From an uncultured Eubacteriales bacterium (GTDB lineage Bacteria > Acidobacteriota > Aminicenantia > Aminicenantales > Aminicenantaceae), in the NCBI GenBank assembly GCA_964538085.1, contig CAZIDF010000005.1, forward strand, positions 154,395-218,394: DNA of 64,000 bases, read 5' to 3'. The notes under the pieces were generated by a model. It searched no databases. It was given only the letters and a program-made list of their open reading frames with translations, and had not been told where the DNA came from. A program made the position numbers and the translations under genes. Below are positions 1-9,583 of this stretch, piece after piece (position 1 is the stretch's first letter; each line of letters starts with the position of its first letter).

Positions 1-1
1 T

Positions 2-2062
2 CCCAAACCCCAGCCCGTCACCCTGGAAAGTATCAAAATGGCCTATTGGGAAGACACATTCGCCAAGTCGCCAGAACTAACCATGGTGATTCCGACAGTA
101 GAGGAGTATCATCCTGACGATTATGCGTTGAGCTTCTTGAGCCAGCTTTTTGCGTACGGTAAAAAGGCTCCCCTATACAAAGTCATCGTAGAGGAAAAAA
201 AGCTAGCTCCTTCTGTCATCGGGTATCAGATGAGCAACGAGATTGCCGGAGAGTTCATGATCCGGATACGAGCCTTCCCGAATATCGATCTCGATGATGT
301 CAATAACGCCGTCGCCGAAAGTTTTCAGAGATTCGAGACAGAGTCATTCACAGAGGAGGATGTGGAACGCATCAAGGCAGGGTTGGAGACACAATTTTAT
401 AACGGCATTTCCAGCATTCTCGGAAAATCCTTTCAACTTGCACGCTACAACGAATATGCCGGCTCTCCCGGATACATCACCACGGATCTCGAAAAAATCA
501 AAGCCGTCACCAAGGAAGACATCCTGCGGGTGTATGAATTCTACATCAAGGACAAGCCCTATGTGATGACAAGCTTTGTGCCCAAAGGACAGGTGGATCT
601 GATCGTCGAAGGATCGGAACCCTTCGCGATCGTCGAAGAAGACGCCGAAGCGGAAAAGATCGCTGCGGAAAGGCCGGTGGAAGAATTCAAAGTCGAACCC
701 ATTCCTTCATCGTTCGACCGAAGCCAGGAGCCGCTCATCGGCCCCGATCCAGAGATCACCCTCCCGACGATCTGGAAAGATGAGCTTTCCAACGGGATAA
801 AGCTTTTTGGGATCGAGCAGACAGAATTACCCCTTGTCCAATTTTCCATGATGATCAAAGGCGGGCAACTGCTGGATGACATGGACAAAGCGGGTGTGGC
901 CAACCTGATAACGGACATGATGATGGAAGGCACTAAGAACAAGACGCCGATCGAGCTGGAAGAAGCCATCGATGAACTCGGGGCAAATATCTATATGTAT
1001 ACGAGTCAGGAAGCCATCACTTTGTCCGTGAATTGTCTGAGATCCAAATTAGACGATGTTTACAATCTTGTGGAGGAGATCCTCCTGGAACCCCGCTGGG
1101 ACGAGAAGGAATTCGACAGGGTCAAAAAGCAGACCATCGAAAACATCAACAGGAGCAAGGTCAATCCGGCTGCAGTTGCCAGGAATGTGTTCAACGAGCT
1201 TGTTTATGGAGATAAACACATCTTCAGTGTCCCGACTTTGGGAACGATGGAGTCTGTGGAGGCTATCACGATCGATGACTTGAAAGCATTCTATGCTAGG
1301 AATTTTTCTCCCTCCATCACCAACGTGGCTATCGTCGGCAATATCTCTAAAGAAGATGCGGTCAACACTTTCAAGACCCTAGAAGAGAAATGGGAGGCCA
1401 AGGACGTTGCATTTCCGGAGTTCGAACTGCCGGCACCTCTTGAAAAATCCATGGTTTATTTCGTGGATATTCCCGGGGCGCGTCAGTCTGTCATCAACAT
1501 CGGGAATCTTTCTATTTCTGCGACTGACCCGGATTATTATCCTGCCTATGTTATGAACTACAAACTGGGGGGAAGCTTTAACGGGTTCGTGAACCTGATC
1601 TTGAGGGAAGAAAAAGGCTACACATATGGGGCCCGAACAGGTTTTAGCGGCTCTCTCCAGCCGGGAACTTTTGTGGCCTCCTCGTCGGTACAATCTCCCG
1701 CCACTCTGGAATCGGTGCAGATTTTCAGAGACCTGATGTTGAAGTACAGAGAAGGGATCGTTTCTGAGGATTTGCAGTTCACCAAAGATGCACTGATCAA
1801 ATCCGATGCCCGAAATTTCGAGACGCTGGGTGCTCTGCTCGGAATCCTGAACAATGTCGCCACATACAACCGACCGGATGATTACATCAAGAAGAGGGAA
1901 GAATTCGTCAAAGGGCTAACTGCCGATCAGCATAAAGAATTGGCCCGGAAGTATATCGATCCCGACCGGATGATCTATCTAGTTGTCGGAGATGCGGCGA
2001 CTCAAATGAAATCCCTGGAGAAGTTGGGACTCGGAAAAGTGGCCTTGATCGATCAGAAATAG
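2..2062 (+). CDS. M16-family zinc peptidase, C-terminal part (5' end lies outside the window)
   Basis: The reading frame is open from nt 2 upstream of the annotated ATG at 38. The product has two tandem M16 non-catalytic-type halves typical of large PqqL-like M16 proteins. The HXXEH catalytic region would lie upstream of the window. Confidence 0.55.
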   Translation, partial: PKPQPVTLESIKMAYWEDTFAKSPELTMVIPTVEEYHPDDYALSFLSQLFAYGKKAPLYKVIVEEKKLAPSVIGYQMSNEIAGEFMIRIRAFPNIDLDDVNNAVAESFQRFETESFTEEDVERIKAGLETQFYNGISSILGKSFQLARYNEYAGSPGYITTDLEKIKAVTKEDILRVYEFYIKDKPYVMTSFVPKGQVDLIVEGSEPFAIVEEDAEAEKIAAERPVEEFKVEPIPSSFDRSQEPLIGPDPEITLPTIWKDELSNGIKLFGIEQTELPLVQFSMMIKGGQLLDDMDKAGVANLITDMMMEGTKNKTPIELEEAIDELGANIYMYTSQEAITLSVNCLRSKLDDVYNLVEEILLEPRWDEKEFDRVKKQTIENINRSKVNPAAVARNVFNELVYGDKHIFSVPTLGTMESVEAITIDDLKAFYARNFSPSITNVAIVGNISKEDAVNTFKTLEEKWEAKDVAFPEFELPAPLEKSMVYFVDIPGARQSVINIGNLSISATDPDYYPAYVMNYKLGGSFNGFVNLILREEKGYTYGARTGFSGSLQPGTFVASSSVQSPATLESVQIFRDLMLKYREGIVSEDLQFTKDALIKSDARNFETLGALLGILNNVATYNRPDDYIKKREEFVKGLTADQHKELARKYIDPDRMIYLVVGDAATQMKSLEKLGLGKVALIDQK

Positions 2063-2148
2063 AAGAGATTCGCGCCTGTATAGCAGAGTCGTTTAGGCTC
2101 ATAACTTTGCCCGATCTTTTTTAAACGAAAAAAATTTCACCGATCCTG

Positions 2149-2177
2149 TTGACAAGCACATAAGGAAGTGCTAAAAT
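2149..2177 (+). promoter_or_regulatory. Sigma70-type promoter upstream of the blaI-like gene (TTGACA - 17 nt - TAAAAT)
   Basis: Perfect -35 TTGACA at 2149-2154, a 17-nt spacer, and -10 TAAAAT at 2172-2177, about 25 nt upstream of the first ATG of the BlaI-like ORF. Confidence 0.5.
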
Positions 2178-2199
2178 TTTAACATGCTAAAAAAACAAC

Positions 2200-2616
2200 A
2201 TGGAATATCAGCCGTATAAGAAGGTGAAAAGCATGAAAGAACAGAGGAATCTCAGCCGCAGGGAAAGGCAGATCATGGATATCATCTATCAATTAAAGGA
2301 AGCCACAGTGGCCCAGGTGCTCGAGCGACTTCCGGACCCTCCCAGTTACTCCGCAGTTAGAGCTTTGTTGCGCGTTTTAGAAAACAAGGGACACCTGTTT
2401 CACAAACAGGATGGACCCCGGTATGTATTCTCTCCAACCCTTTCCCGGGAAACAGCAAGACAGACTGCCCTTCAGCACCTTCGGAAAACCTTCTTTAACG
2501 GTTCGACAGAGGAGATCGTGGCCGCCCTGCTCGATATCTCGGAAGATGACCTTTCCGATGAGGATTATCACCGCTTGCTTGAGCTTATCGACAAAGCAAG
2601 GAAAGAAGGAAGATAA
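2200..2616 (+). CDS. BlaI/MecI/CopY-family transcriptional repressor
   Basis: A 138-aa protein with a winged-helix N-terminal domain (RRERQIMDIIYQLKEATVAQVLERL...SYSAVRALLRVLENKGHL) and a C-terminal dimerisation region, typical of penicillinase repressors. An alternative start is at 2233, where a GAAGGTGA SD-like sequence sits upstream. It lies immediately upstream of an M56 (BlaR1-like) gene. Confidence 0.75.
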   Translation: MEYQPYKKVKSMKEQRNLSRRERQIMDIIYQLKEATVAQVLERLPDPPSYSAVRALLRVLENKGHLFHKQDGPRYVFSPTLSRETARQTALQHLRKTFFNGSTEEIVAALLDISEDDLSDEDYHRLLELIDKARKEGR

Positions 2617-2618
2617 GT

Positions 2619-4700
2619 ATGGGATTTTTGTTTGAGAGCGGTGGACTTGCCCTTCTTAGCGAATATCTGATCAAGAGCTCCGTGATCTTATCCGCTTCGA
2701 TAGTGCTGGCCTTTTTGTTGAGGAAAAAATCAGCAGGCCTGAGGCATCTTGTCCTTTCCGTGTTTCTGATCGGGCTCCTATTTTTGCCGATTCTCTCGAC
2801 TGTCACCACGGGTTGGGAAACAAAACTTCTTCCCTCATGGCAAACAGGGGAAGCCGCTGCTCTAGAGTCTGTAGGCACATCTCGAAATTTGAATAGCTTT
2901 TCAAAAACTTTTGGATCTGAGGTCATAACTTCCGAGATCGACCTGCACATGGAAGGGATCAAAAAAGACTCCTGGTTTGTTTTTGGATTCGCTTCGCTTA
3001 TGGTTTGGATCTGTGGATCGATGCTTCTTTTTATTCGAATCGTGTTGGGCATTCACGGGACAAAGCGACTCACACGAGAAGGGCAGGATATTCAGGATTC
3101 CTTGTGGAGGAGACTCCTGTACCGCTTTTTAGAGGCCGTTTCTTTAAGAAGAAAGATCAGTCTTTTGAGTCATGCCAAAACCATGGTTCCTCTCACTTGG
3201 GGTGTTGTCAAACCTGTTGTGATGATGCCGGCAGAATCTAAAAACTGGAGCGAAAATCAGCGTTCTTCCGCCCTTTATCACGAACTCTCTCACATCAAAA
3301 GAGGGGACTATCTGGTCATGATACTGGCGCGCGTAAGCCGAGCAATCTACTGGTTCAATCCGCTGAGCTGGATCATTTTGGGGATGATCAAGAGGGAACA
3401 GGAAAAAGCCTGTGACGAGCTTGTGTTGAAAGCGGGCATTAAACCATCGACCTATGCTGAAAACCTACTTTTTATCCGGAATTCTGTTTCGGATCATTGG
3501 AATCCGCCCGCGGCTGTTTTAGGTGCGATGAACAAGTCCCACCTGAACGACAGGCTTACGACGATTTTAAAACAGAGGTTCAACCTCAAGGAGGTTCGGA
3601 TGAAAACAAAAGTATTGCTGAGTTTTTTGGCTATCCTTTCTATTTCCTTTATCGGTTTAGCGCGCCCTGGTAATACATCCAGCAGCCAAGCAGAAGCCTT
3701 CTCTCCTGAAAGTGCTTCGATCACAACCTGGGCCGATTCTCACGAGACGTTGGCTTATGAACAGGAACAAGAAAAAAAAGAACAGAAAAAAGAAAAAACC
3801 ACGCTTGTTTGGACGGCCAAAGAAGGTGAAAAGGGAACGTATGAAATCATTATAGGCAAGGATGATCCCAAAAAGATCATTTATGTAACATCACCACATT
3901 TAGAACACGACAAAGACAAAAACGTGACATGGACGATCAAAGCGGACAAGCTGCATCTTTCTGAGGATGCCAAAAAGATCGAGCTCGATGAGGGATCGGT
4001 CATCTACATCGATAAAGAGGATGAGGATGGAGTAAAGGTGATCAAGTTCGTTTCCCCACACATACAGGTGAAAAAAGTCGGAAAGGACGGGAAACATGTA
4101 GCCGTCGATGTCGATACATCTTCCCATGTCGAAGTGCATCCCGATGTCCATGTCGTTATCGATACAAAGGAATATGCAAAACTGATAGAGAAAATAAAGG
4201 AAAAACTGGCCAAGCTTAGGGCTGAGGACCTGGATGCCGATATGAAAGAGATGGAACTCGAGGGCATCGAAGAAACCCTGGAAGAACTGCAAAAAGCTTT
4301 CGAAAAAAAATATGCAAAATCAGAGCATGTCGCTGTCAGTGTCAGCCCCAAAGTTTCCCATTCCTATAAAATCAGAACGAAAGATATCCATATCGATGGT
4401 GAAAAAGATTATCATGCGGTTAGGATCATCAATGATAAGGGAATATTCTCTCTGATCTATCATGCGGAGCTCGGACCGGATCAAAAAAAGGCTTATGAGA
4501 AGGCTATAAAAAAACTCGAGGATAACCTCCCTGAGGGCTACAACGTCGAATCCACATTCGACGATGATAAGGGCACTCTAATCATCAAAATCACGAAAGA
4601 TAAAGAGGCCGTTGAATATAAAGAGGCCGTTGAATCTATAGACACAATAAAGAAGTTAATACACGAGTTCCAGGAAGAACTGGGGAAAATCAAAAAATAA
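2619..4700 (+). CDS. BlaR1/MecR1-like M56 zinc metalloprotease signal transducer with a non-PBP C-terminal domain
   Basis: Has N-terminal transmembrane helices and the HEXXH motif in the characteristic M56 context (SALYHELSHIKRGDYLVMILARV...YWFNPLSWI). About 360 aa at the C-terminus are His-rich and Lys/Glu-rich (for example KHVAVDVDTSSHVEVHPDVHVV) with no SxxK penicillin-binding motif. A 2-nt gap after the BlaI-like gene suggests an operon. Confidence 0.7.
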   Translation: MGFLFESGGLALLSEYLIKSSVILSASIVLAFLLRKKSAGLRHLVLSVFLIGLLFLPILSTVTTGWETKLLPSWQTGEAAALESVGTSRNLNSFSKTFGSEVITSEIDLHMEGIKKDSWFVFGFASLMVWICGSMLLFIRIVLGIHGTKRLTREGQDIQDSLWRRLLYRFLEAVSLRRKISLLSHAKTMVPLTWGVVKPVVMMPAESKNWSENQRSSALYHELSHIKRGDYLVMILARVSRAIYWFNPLSWIILGMIKREQEKACDELVLKAGIKPSTYAENLLFIRNSVSDHWNPPAAVLGAMNKSHLNDRLTTILKQRFNLKEVRMKTKVLLSFLAILSISFIGLARPGNTSSSQAEAFSPESASITTWADSHETLAYEQEQEKKEQKKEKTTLVWTAKEGEKGTYEIIIGKDDPKKIIYVTSPHLEHDKDKNVTWTIKADKLHLSEDAKKIELDEGSVIYIDKEDEDGVKVIKFVSPHIQVKKVGKDGKHVAVDVDTSSHVEVHPDVHVVIDTKEYAKLIEKIKEKLAKLRAEDLDADMKEMELEGIEETLEELQKAFEKKYAKSEHVAVSVSPKVSHSYKIRTKDIHIDGEKDYHAVRIINDKGIFSLIYHAELGPDQKKAYEKAIKKLEDNLPEGYNVESTFDDDKGTLIIKITKDKEAVEYKEAVESIDTIKKLIHEFQEELGKIKK

Positions 4701-4704
4701 GCCT

Positions 4705-5850
4705 TTATATTATTTCCAATTCGTCTTTGGACGGCAGCATGGGAAACTTGGCGTGAGGTTCTGTCTGATACCAGATCGCGACCGAGGAGATGTCATCCTG
4801 GAGCGGAAGGTATCGTCCGCCTGAACGCCAGCCCAGCGCCTGGATCGTGACCCTCAAGTCCTTTTCGAAACGCACAGGATCCATGATGTGCCAGCGGTAA
4901 AGGCCGAACCGCTGCTGGGATTGCCACTGTCCGTCAGGCGTTATGACCTGGGGCATTCCGGCGTATGGGGTTGTGTATTCTTGATACTTTTCATCTACGG
5001 TAAATCCATAGGAACCGCAAAAATAATCTTCGGTCCCGGTCCCGCAAATCGTTGGGAACTTCGAATCACCATCGATGAAAAATTTGATCTCCCCCTCACC
5101 CCACCATCCGGTGTTGTTGGCCTGCCAGCACATGTAGGTCCCGACAAAATGACCCCATCCTTGGATACCGTCGACGATGGTATAATCTGTCTTGTAGGGC
5201 AACGGATTGGCGCGTCTGAACTGGGCATGGAAATAAGCCGCATCGTCAGGAACCTCTGTTAGGGTGTAGTTGATCTGGAAGTAAAGGGTCATCTTTTTTT
5301 CGTCCAGATTCTCCATCGTGACCTTGCAGGATTTCCGGAAGGGCATCACCCAATAGCAGTTGAGTCCGCTCCCAGGGTTGACGCAAATCGGAAGGGAGGA
5401 GATCTGAGCGAATTTCCCCCATCCACAGGCAAAAAAATCTCCGACAGGAACTTCAACGGATGGCTCTTTCTCCCCGTCCCAGTAGAACCTCAGGATGGAA
5501 TAGCGAAAGTTACCTGCCGGTGTCATCCATATCTGCTGGATTGCGCCTGGACCATCGATCTCGGCCAGGACATAGGTTTGATTGGGCTCGATATGAATGT
5601 AGGGGGAGACTTTCCATCCCTGACCCAGGTCCCGTGCGGCATTCATAGCCAGCCCATCCACAGACATACCGCCTTTGCCCTTTTCGCCGGTGAAATTCTC
5701 TGGACTGATGGAACGGCTTTTGGCATGAGAAAGCCGGTACAGGTTCCCGAGATTGAGGTAGAGTCCATTAAACACTTTTTCCTCCGCTGCATACAAAATT
5801 AGGGAAACAAACATTAAACTCAGAGCGATAAACACCCATTTTTTCTTCAT
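4705..5850 (-). CDS. Secreted DUF2961 / GH172-like protein
   Basis: Has a signal peptide (MKKKWVFIALSLMFVSLILYAA), is about 380 aa, and contains a GTGTEDYF motif that is reminiscent of the DUF2961 family. An AGGAGG SD sits upstream. The family assignment is from memory only. Confidence 0.4.
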   Translation of the reverse strand: MKKKWVFIALSLMFVSLILYAAEEKVFNGLYLNLGNLYRLSHAKSRSISPENFTGEKGKGGMSVDGLAMNAARDLGQGWKVSPYIHIEPNQTYVLAEIDGPGAIQQIWMTPAGNFRYSILRFYWDGEKEPSVEVPVGDFFACGWGKFAQISSLPICVNPGSGLNCYWVMPFRKSCKVTMENLDEKKMTLYFQINYTLTEVPDDAAYFHAQFRRANPLPYKTDYTIVDGIQGWGHFVGTYMCWQANNTGWWGEGEIKFFIDGDSKFPTICGTGTEDYFCGSYGFTVDEKYQEYTTPYAGMPQVITPDGQWQSQQRFGLYRWHIMDPVRFEKDLRVTIQALGWRSGGRYLPLQDDISSVAIWYQTEPHAKFPMLPSKDELEII

Positions 5851-5889
5851 ACTTAACCTCCTTTTTGTCGATTCGATGCAAAGATCGAT

Positions 5890-7473
5890 CTATTTCACTC
5901 CAGAAGCCTCTTTGATGAAAGCGGCAAGATCGCGCTTCAGTTTGACGATGGAAGGCTTGTGGATGTACATCATATGGCCGGCCTCGTAGTAGCCCATTTT
6001 GACGCGATCTTTGAATTCGCTGTTGAGCCCCATCTGGGCAAAGGTGTATTCTGTGCCGAAGTAAGGAGTGGCCCCGTCATAATAGCCGTTGCAACAGAAT
6101 ACCTGGAGGTTTTTATTTTCAGCCATGGCCCGTCGCAATGTTTCGGCCACATTCAAGCCCATGCCCATACTGCCGCGCCTCATCTGACTTGGATCCGATG
6201 GCATCTGCGAAAAATTCCAGGGATACACATTCCCGTAAATAGCATAGGGGATATCTTTGACATATTTGAGTTCTTCCCGGAGGTAGTAGTTCAGTGATGT
6301 GGAAAAGGACCCTTGGACGGCGGCGCTCGAAGGATCGAACTCGTAGTTTTCACCGGCTGCGTCATCATCTCGCCCTTTGAACCGGCTGTCCAGTCGCCCG
6401 ACCGTCTGCATGTCGTCGCGAAGGAGTTCTTTGACAAAGCGGTCGTGACGGATGCGCAGGTTGGACTGCTTGACATACTCCAGAGAGAGACCTGTAAATG
6501 CAGCTACCTTTCCTGCTATCTCCTCGTAGCTGTCCTCCGGGAGGTTATTTCCTTTGAGCAGGGCGACAGAATATTCATCGAGAGCAAACTTTTCTGCTGC
6601 CTCCAGAACCTCCTTGAGGGGCTTGTTCTGGAGTTCGGGAGAGAGCTTTTTGTGGTACCACGCCGTAGAAGTGTAATGGGGAAGGAACAGGATATAAGGC
6701 ATAAGATTTCCGGGCATAAACACGATCGTGGAAAAGTCAAGAACCGATGACACCAGCACGATCCCGTTGAGGTACATACCGTGGGTGCGGCCTTGAAGGA
6801 AGCCTGAGAGGCCAGCTGCGCGTGTGGTCCCGTAGCTTTCGCCCAGCACGAACTTGGGAGAATCCCATCTCTCGTTTTTGGTGATGTAAAGGCGGATGAA
6901 TTCGCCGACCGATGCGACATCCTCCTCGACTCCGTGGAACTGGCTCTTGTTTTCCCCGGGAAGAGGGCGGCTGTATCCGGTAGAGACCGGATCGATGAAA
7001 ACGAGGTCAGTGACATCGATCAGCGAGTTTTCATTGTCGGTCATGCTAAACGGAGGAGAGGTGGAATGTCCCTCATCATCCATGGCGACACGTCGCGGTC
7101 CCAGTCCCCCGAGGTGCAGCCAGACCGAGGAAGATCCTGGCCCGCCGTTAAACGCAAATGTGATGGGCCGTTTGGATGTGTCCTGGATATCGTTTCGGGT
7201 GTAAGCGATGTAGAACATCGAAGCACCGGGTTTTTCGTCCAGCTTATTGACGATCATCTCACCGACTGAAGCGGTGTAGGATACAGTTTTTCCGTCTATC
7301 GTGATGGTATGTTTGGTTATGGATGGAGGTTTAATTTCAGGAGGAACTTTAGTTGCTTCGGGCGGTTTTTTCTGCAACTCCGTCTTTTGTGCCGGTCCTT
7401 GATTCCCATACATCATCACACAGGCAATAATGACAAACAGGAATCCGACGAGCAAGATTGTTCGATTCTTCAT
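5890..7473 (-). CDS. Serine carboxypeptidase, peptidase S10 family, secreted
   Basis: Has an N-terminal transmembrane/signal segment, the FNGGPGSSS motif (S10 N-terminal signature), and a GESYG catalytic-serine motif. A good SD (AGGAGG) is present. Confidence 0.6.
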   Translation of the reverse strand: MKNRTILLVGFLFVIIACVMMYGNQGPAQKTELQKKPPEATKVPPEIKPPSITKHTITIDGKTVSYTASVGEMIVNKLDEKPGASMFYIAYTRNDIQDTSKRPITFAFNGGPGSSSVWLHLGGLGPRRVAMDDEGHSTSPPFSMTDNENSLIDVTDLVFIDPVSTGYSRPLPGENKSQFHGVEEDVASVGEFIRLYITKNERWDSPKFVLGESYGTTRAAGLSGFLQGRTHGMYLNGIVLVSSVLDFSTIVFMPGNLMPYILFLPHYTSTAWYHKKLSPELQNKPLKEVLEAAEKFALDEYSVALLKGNNLPEDSYEEIAGKVAAFTGLSLEYVKQSNLRIRHDRFVKELLRDDMQTVGRLDSRFKGRDDDAAGENYEFDPSSAAVQGSFSTSLNYYLREELKYVKDIPYAIYGNVYPWNFSQMPSDPSQMRRGSMGMGLNVAETLRRAMAENKNLQVFCCNGYYDGATPYFGTEYTFAQMGLNSEFKDRVKMGYYEAGHMMYIHKPSIVKLKRDLAAFIKEASGVK

Positions 7474-7494
7474 GTTTTTCCTCCTATTTATATC

Positions 7495-8649
7495 TCAAAA
7501 GAATCTCCAGAGGGAGTCTTCTGGTTTTTTTTGTTTAAACCTTCCGTAGAGTAGACAAAGGGGGTAGAGGATAATCAGGACCATCAGCCAAATCGGATAC
7601 ATGAATGCCAGACCGGAACCTCCTCGCGAAATAAACAATAGCCCGATGATGGCAAAAAAGTAAAGATGCAAGATGTAAAAGAAAAGAGACGATCTTCCGA
7701 ACACCAGGAATGGCTTTCCCCAGTGCTGGATCGTGTCTTTCAATTGCGAAATAACCCAAATAATCACGAGACAGAGGCCGAGATTCAACAATATAAAAGC
7801 AAGGCTGGGCGGGTATTTCGTGACGTTCAGAAATGAAATCAAACCAGATCCTTCCGGAGGGTGGATATTTCCGAATCCACCCCACATCCTTATGACAAAA
7901 AAGAGCAAGATAAATGTACTTCCCAAAAAGAAGGCTCGTTTGTAAGCTTGGGTTCGGTCTTTCAGAAGCCATTTTCCGAAAATGAATCCGAACAGGACGA
8001 TGCCCAACCAGGGGATAATGGGATAAAATGACTGAAAGATCCCCGTCTGTCCGGGGAGATAGAGTATCCGAATTAGGGGGGAGTAAAGCTGGGATGCATG
8101 ACTTGGATCGGGGACGAGGAACTCGGTGCCCACAATAATTATCGTGCTGAAGCCAAAGAGCAAAGCTGTTTTTAATCTCAGAAAAAGAGTTCCGATAACC
8201 ATGGTGCCCCCGAGGCCGGCAAGAACTCCGAAGTAGATCCAAACGGTTTCGCCAGCACCTGGAGGATGGAAAGTGGTGACTGGCCCCAATACCCATGCAG
8301 GATTCTCAAGAAAGAACTGAAGAAAGATCAGAATAAAGCCGCGATAAAAAAGATGCTGCGAGATTTTTCCTTCGGACCATCCAAGTGATCGACGAGAATT
8401 GGCGAACAGAACCATCCCTACTCCCATCAAAAAGAAAAAACCAGGAGCGCATATATGGGTAACAAATCGGGTGAGAAATTCAGCGATGTTTTTGTATCGA
8501 GGAAGGGATACGCCCCAAAACTCGCCTGTTGGATGCATTCTGGCCACAAAGTAGTTGGCATGATCGATCGCCATCAGGACTAAGATGAGGCCCCGAAGAA
8601 TATCCAGGGGGAGAAGGCGTTTTGATCGAGGATCTGAGGCTGATTCCAT
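7495..8649 (-). CDS. DUF1624 / HGSNAT-like acyltransferase-fold membrane protein
   Basis: A polytopic membrane protein with an N-terminal LDILRGL...MAIDH motif typical of the heparan-alpha-glucosaminide N-acetyltransferase-like DUF1624 family. Confidence 0.5.
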   Translation of the reverse strand: MESASDPRSKRLLPLDILRGLILVLMAIDHANYFVARMHPTGEFWGVSLPRYKNIAEFLTRFVTHICAPGFFFLMGVGMVLFANSRRSLGWSEGKISQHLFYRGFILIFLQFFLENPAWVLGPVTTFHPPGAGETVWIYFGVLAGLGGTMVIGTLFLRLKTALLFGFSTIIIVGTEFLVPDPSHASQLYSPLIRILYLPGQTGIFQSFYPIIPWLGIVLFGFIFGKWLLKDRTQAYKRAFFLGSTFILLFFVIRMWGGFGNIHPPEGSGLISFLNVTKYPPSLAFILLNLGLCLVIIWVISQLKDTIQHWGKPFLVFGRSSLFFYILHLYFFAIIGLLFISRGGSGLAFMYPIWLMVLIILYPLCLLYGRFKQKKPEDSLWRFF

Positions 8650-8895
8650 AGAATTGAAAAAATCACTATATCAACAATGAGGATGCTAATCAATATATAA
8701 AAGGATTGAGAAAATTATACACCACCCCCGTTTTGCTGATTTTTCTCGCAGGAGAAAATCCCTTGCCACTGTCAGATGATACCGACAATACTACTTTTAG
8801 TAATCATAAATATAATATTTCGAACTGCGTGTGTCAACCAAAAATGGGGTTTTTTTTAAATATTTTATTTAGTATTATTTAGAAAGGAGGAAGCC

Positions 8896-9213
8896 GTGTT
8901 AAAAAAATACCAAGTTTTGATTCCTGATTGGTTGGAAGACTATATAAAATACGTGGCCGAAAGGTATGACCTGAGCATTTCTGAAATCATCAGAGCAGAG
9001 ATTTGCTTCGCCGTCATTAGCCAGGTATCCCACTTTTACCCTGAATACAAAGCGGGGATTTCCAGCGTAGAACTTTTGGAAGCGTTCAAGAAAAATTTGG
9101 GCAAAGACTTTGAAAGGGAAGAAATCCATAAGATCTTGTCCAAGGTGTATTTCGAGACAAGAAAAGCAGTGGAATACCGGTTGTCCAGAGAACTTCCCTC
9201 AGAAAATATATAG
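8896..9213 (+). CDS. Small ribbon-helix-helix-like protein (possible transcriptional regulator)
   Basis: GTG start with a GGAGGA SD. The N-terminus has a beta-strand followed by a helix pattern (QVLIPDWLEDYIKYVAERYDLSISEIIRAEI) that resembles CopG/Arc/MetJ RHH domains. Confidence 0.35.
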   Translation: MLKKYQVLIPDWLEDYIKYVAERYDLSISEIIRAEICFAVISQVSHFYPEYKAGISSVELLEAFKKNLGKDFEREEIHKILSKVYFETRKAVEYRLSRELPSENI

Positions 9214-9232
9214 CCATTTGTTTATTGAACTA

Positions 9233-9583
9233 GTGACTTGTCGAAGATTCTTTGTTGTCTTTTGTTTGATTTCAGTCGTTTTTTTGTGTGCCTGCCAAAA
9301 AGAAACCTCGGAAAAAATGCTACTACCTGAACCTTCGGAACCTGTCATCCTGTCTTTCGATGTTTATAATCATACCCAAGGTTTTCTGACGAACTTTAAA
9401 AAAACAAAGGATCCGGGGGACCTAATTACGATCAAGATCAGCGATCTCGATGTCGAGGAAGTGGACGAGAACAGAATGGTCGTTAGAGCGGATCGGTTTG
9501 GCGCATGGGTAGCGTTTAGTCAAAAAGGAGTGGTCCAGTTCGAGGCTCCGAAGGCAAACAAAAGTTACACTCTACTAGGCTGA
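9233..9583 (+). CDS. Small putative lipoprotein (hypothetical)
   Basis: The candidate GTG start gives MTCRRFFVVFCLISVVFLCAC-QKE, which is a positively charged n-region, a hydrophobic core and a lipobox-like L-C-A-C. The six-frame ORF 9110-9583 extends upstream over the RHH gene and was trimmed. Confidence 0.3.
   Translation: MTCRRFFVVFCLISVVFLCACQKETSEKMLLPEPSEPVILSFDVYNHTQGFLTNFKKTKDPGDLITIKISDLDVEEVDENRMVVRADRFGAWVAFSQKGVVQFEAPKANKSYTLLG

Noticed and set aside
294-1283. Several 60-136 aa ORFs overlapping the M16 peptidase gene in other frames or on the opposite strand (294-566, 559-969, 1033-1215, 1056-1283)
   Set aside because: They lie entirely inside a long, well-supported CDS. They have no SD and biased, low-complexity composition (Ser/Arg-rich). 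These are typical spurious six-frame ORFs.
7535-8296. A 253-aa ORF on the minus strand embedded in the DUF1624 membrane protein gene, in a different frame
   Set aside because: It is out of frame with a coherent 384-aa membrane protein. Its composition is Arg/Ser/Pro-rich, typical of an alternative-frame artefact, and it has no independent start context.
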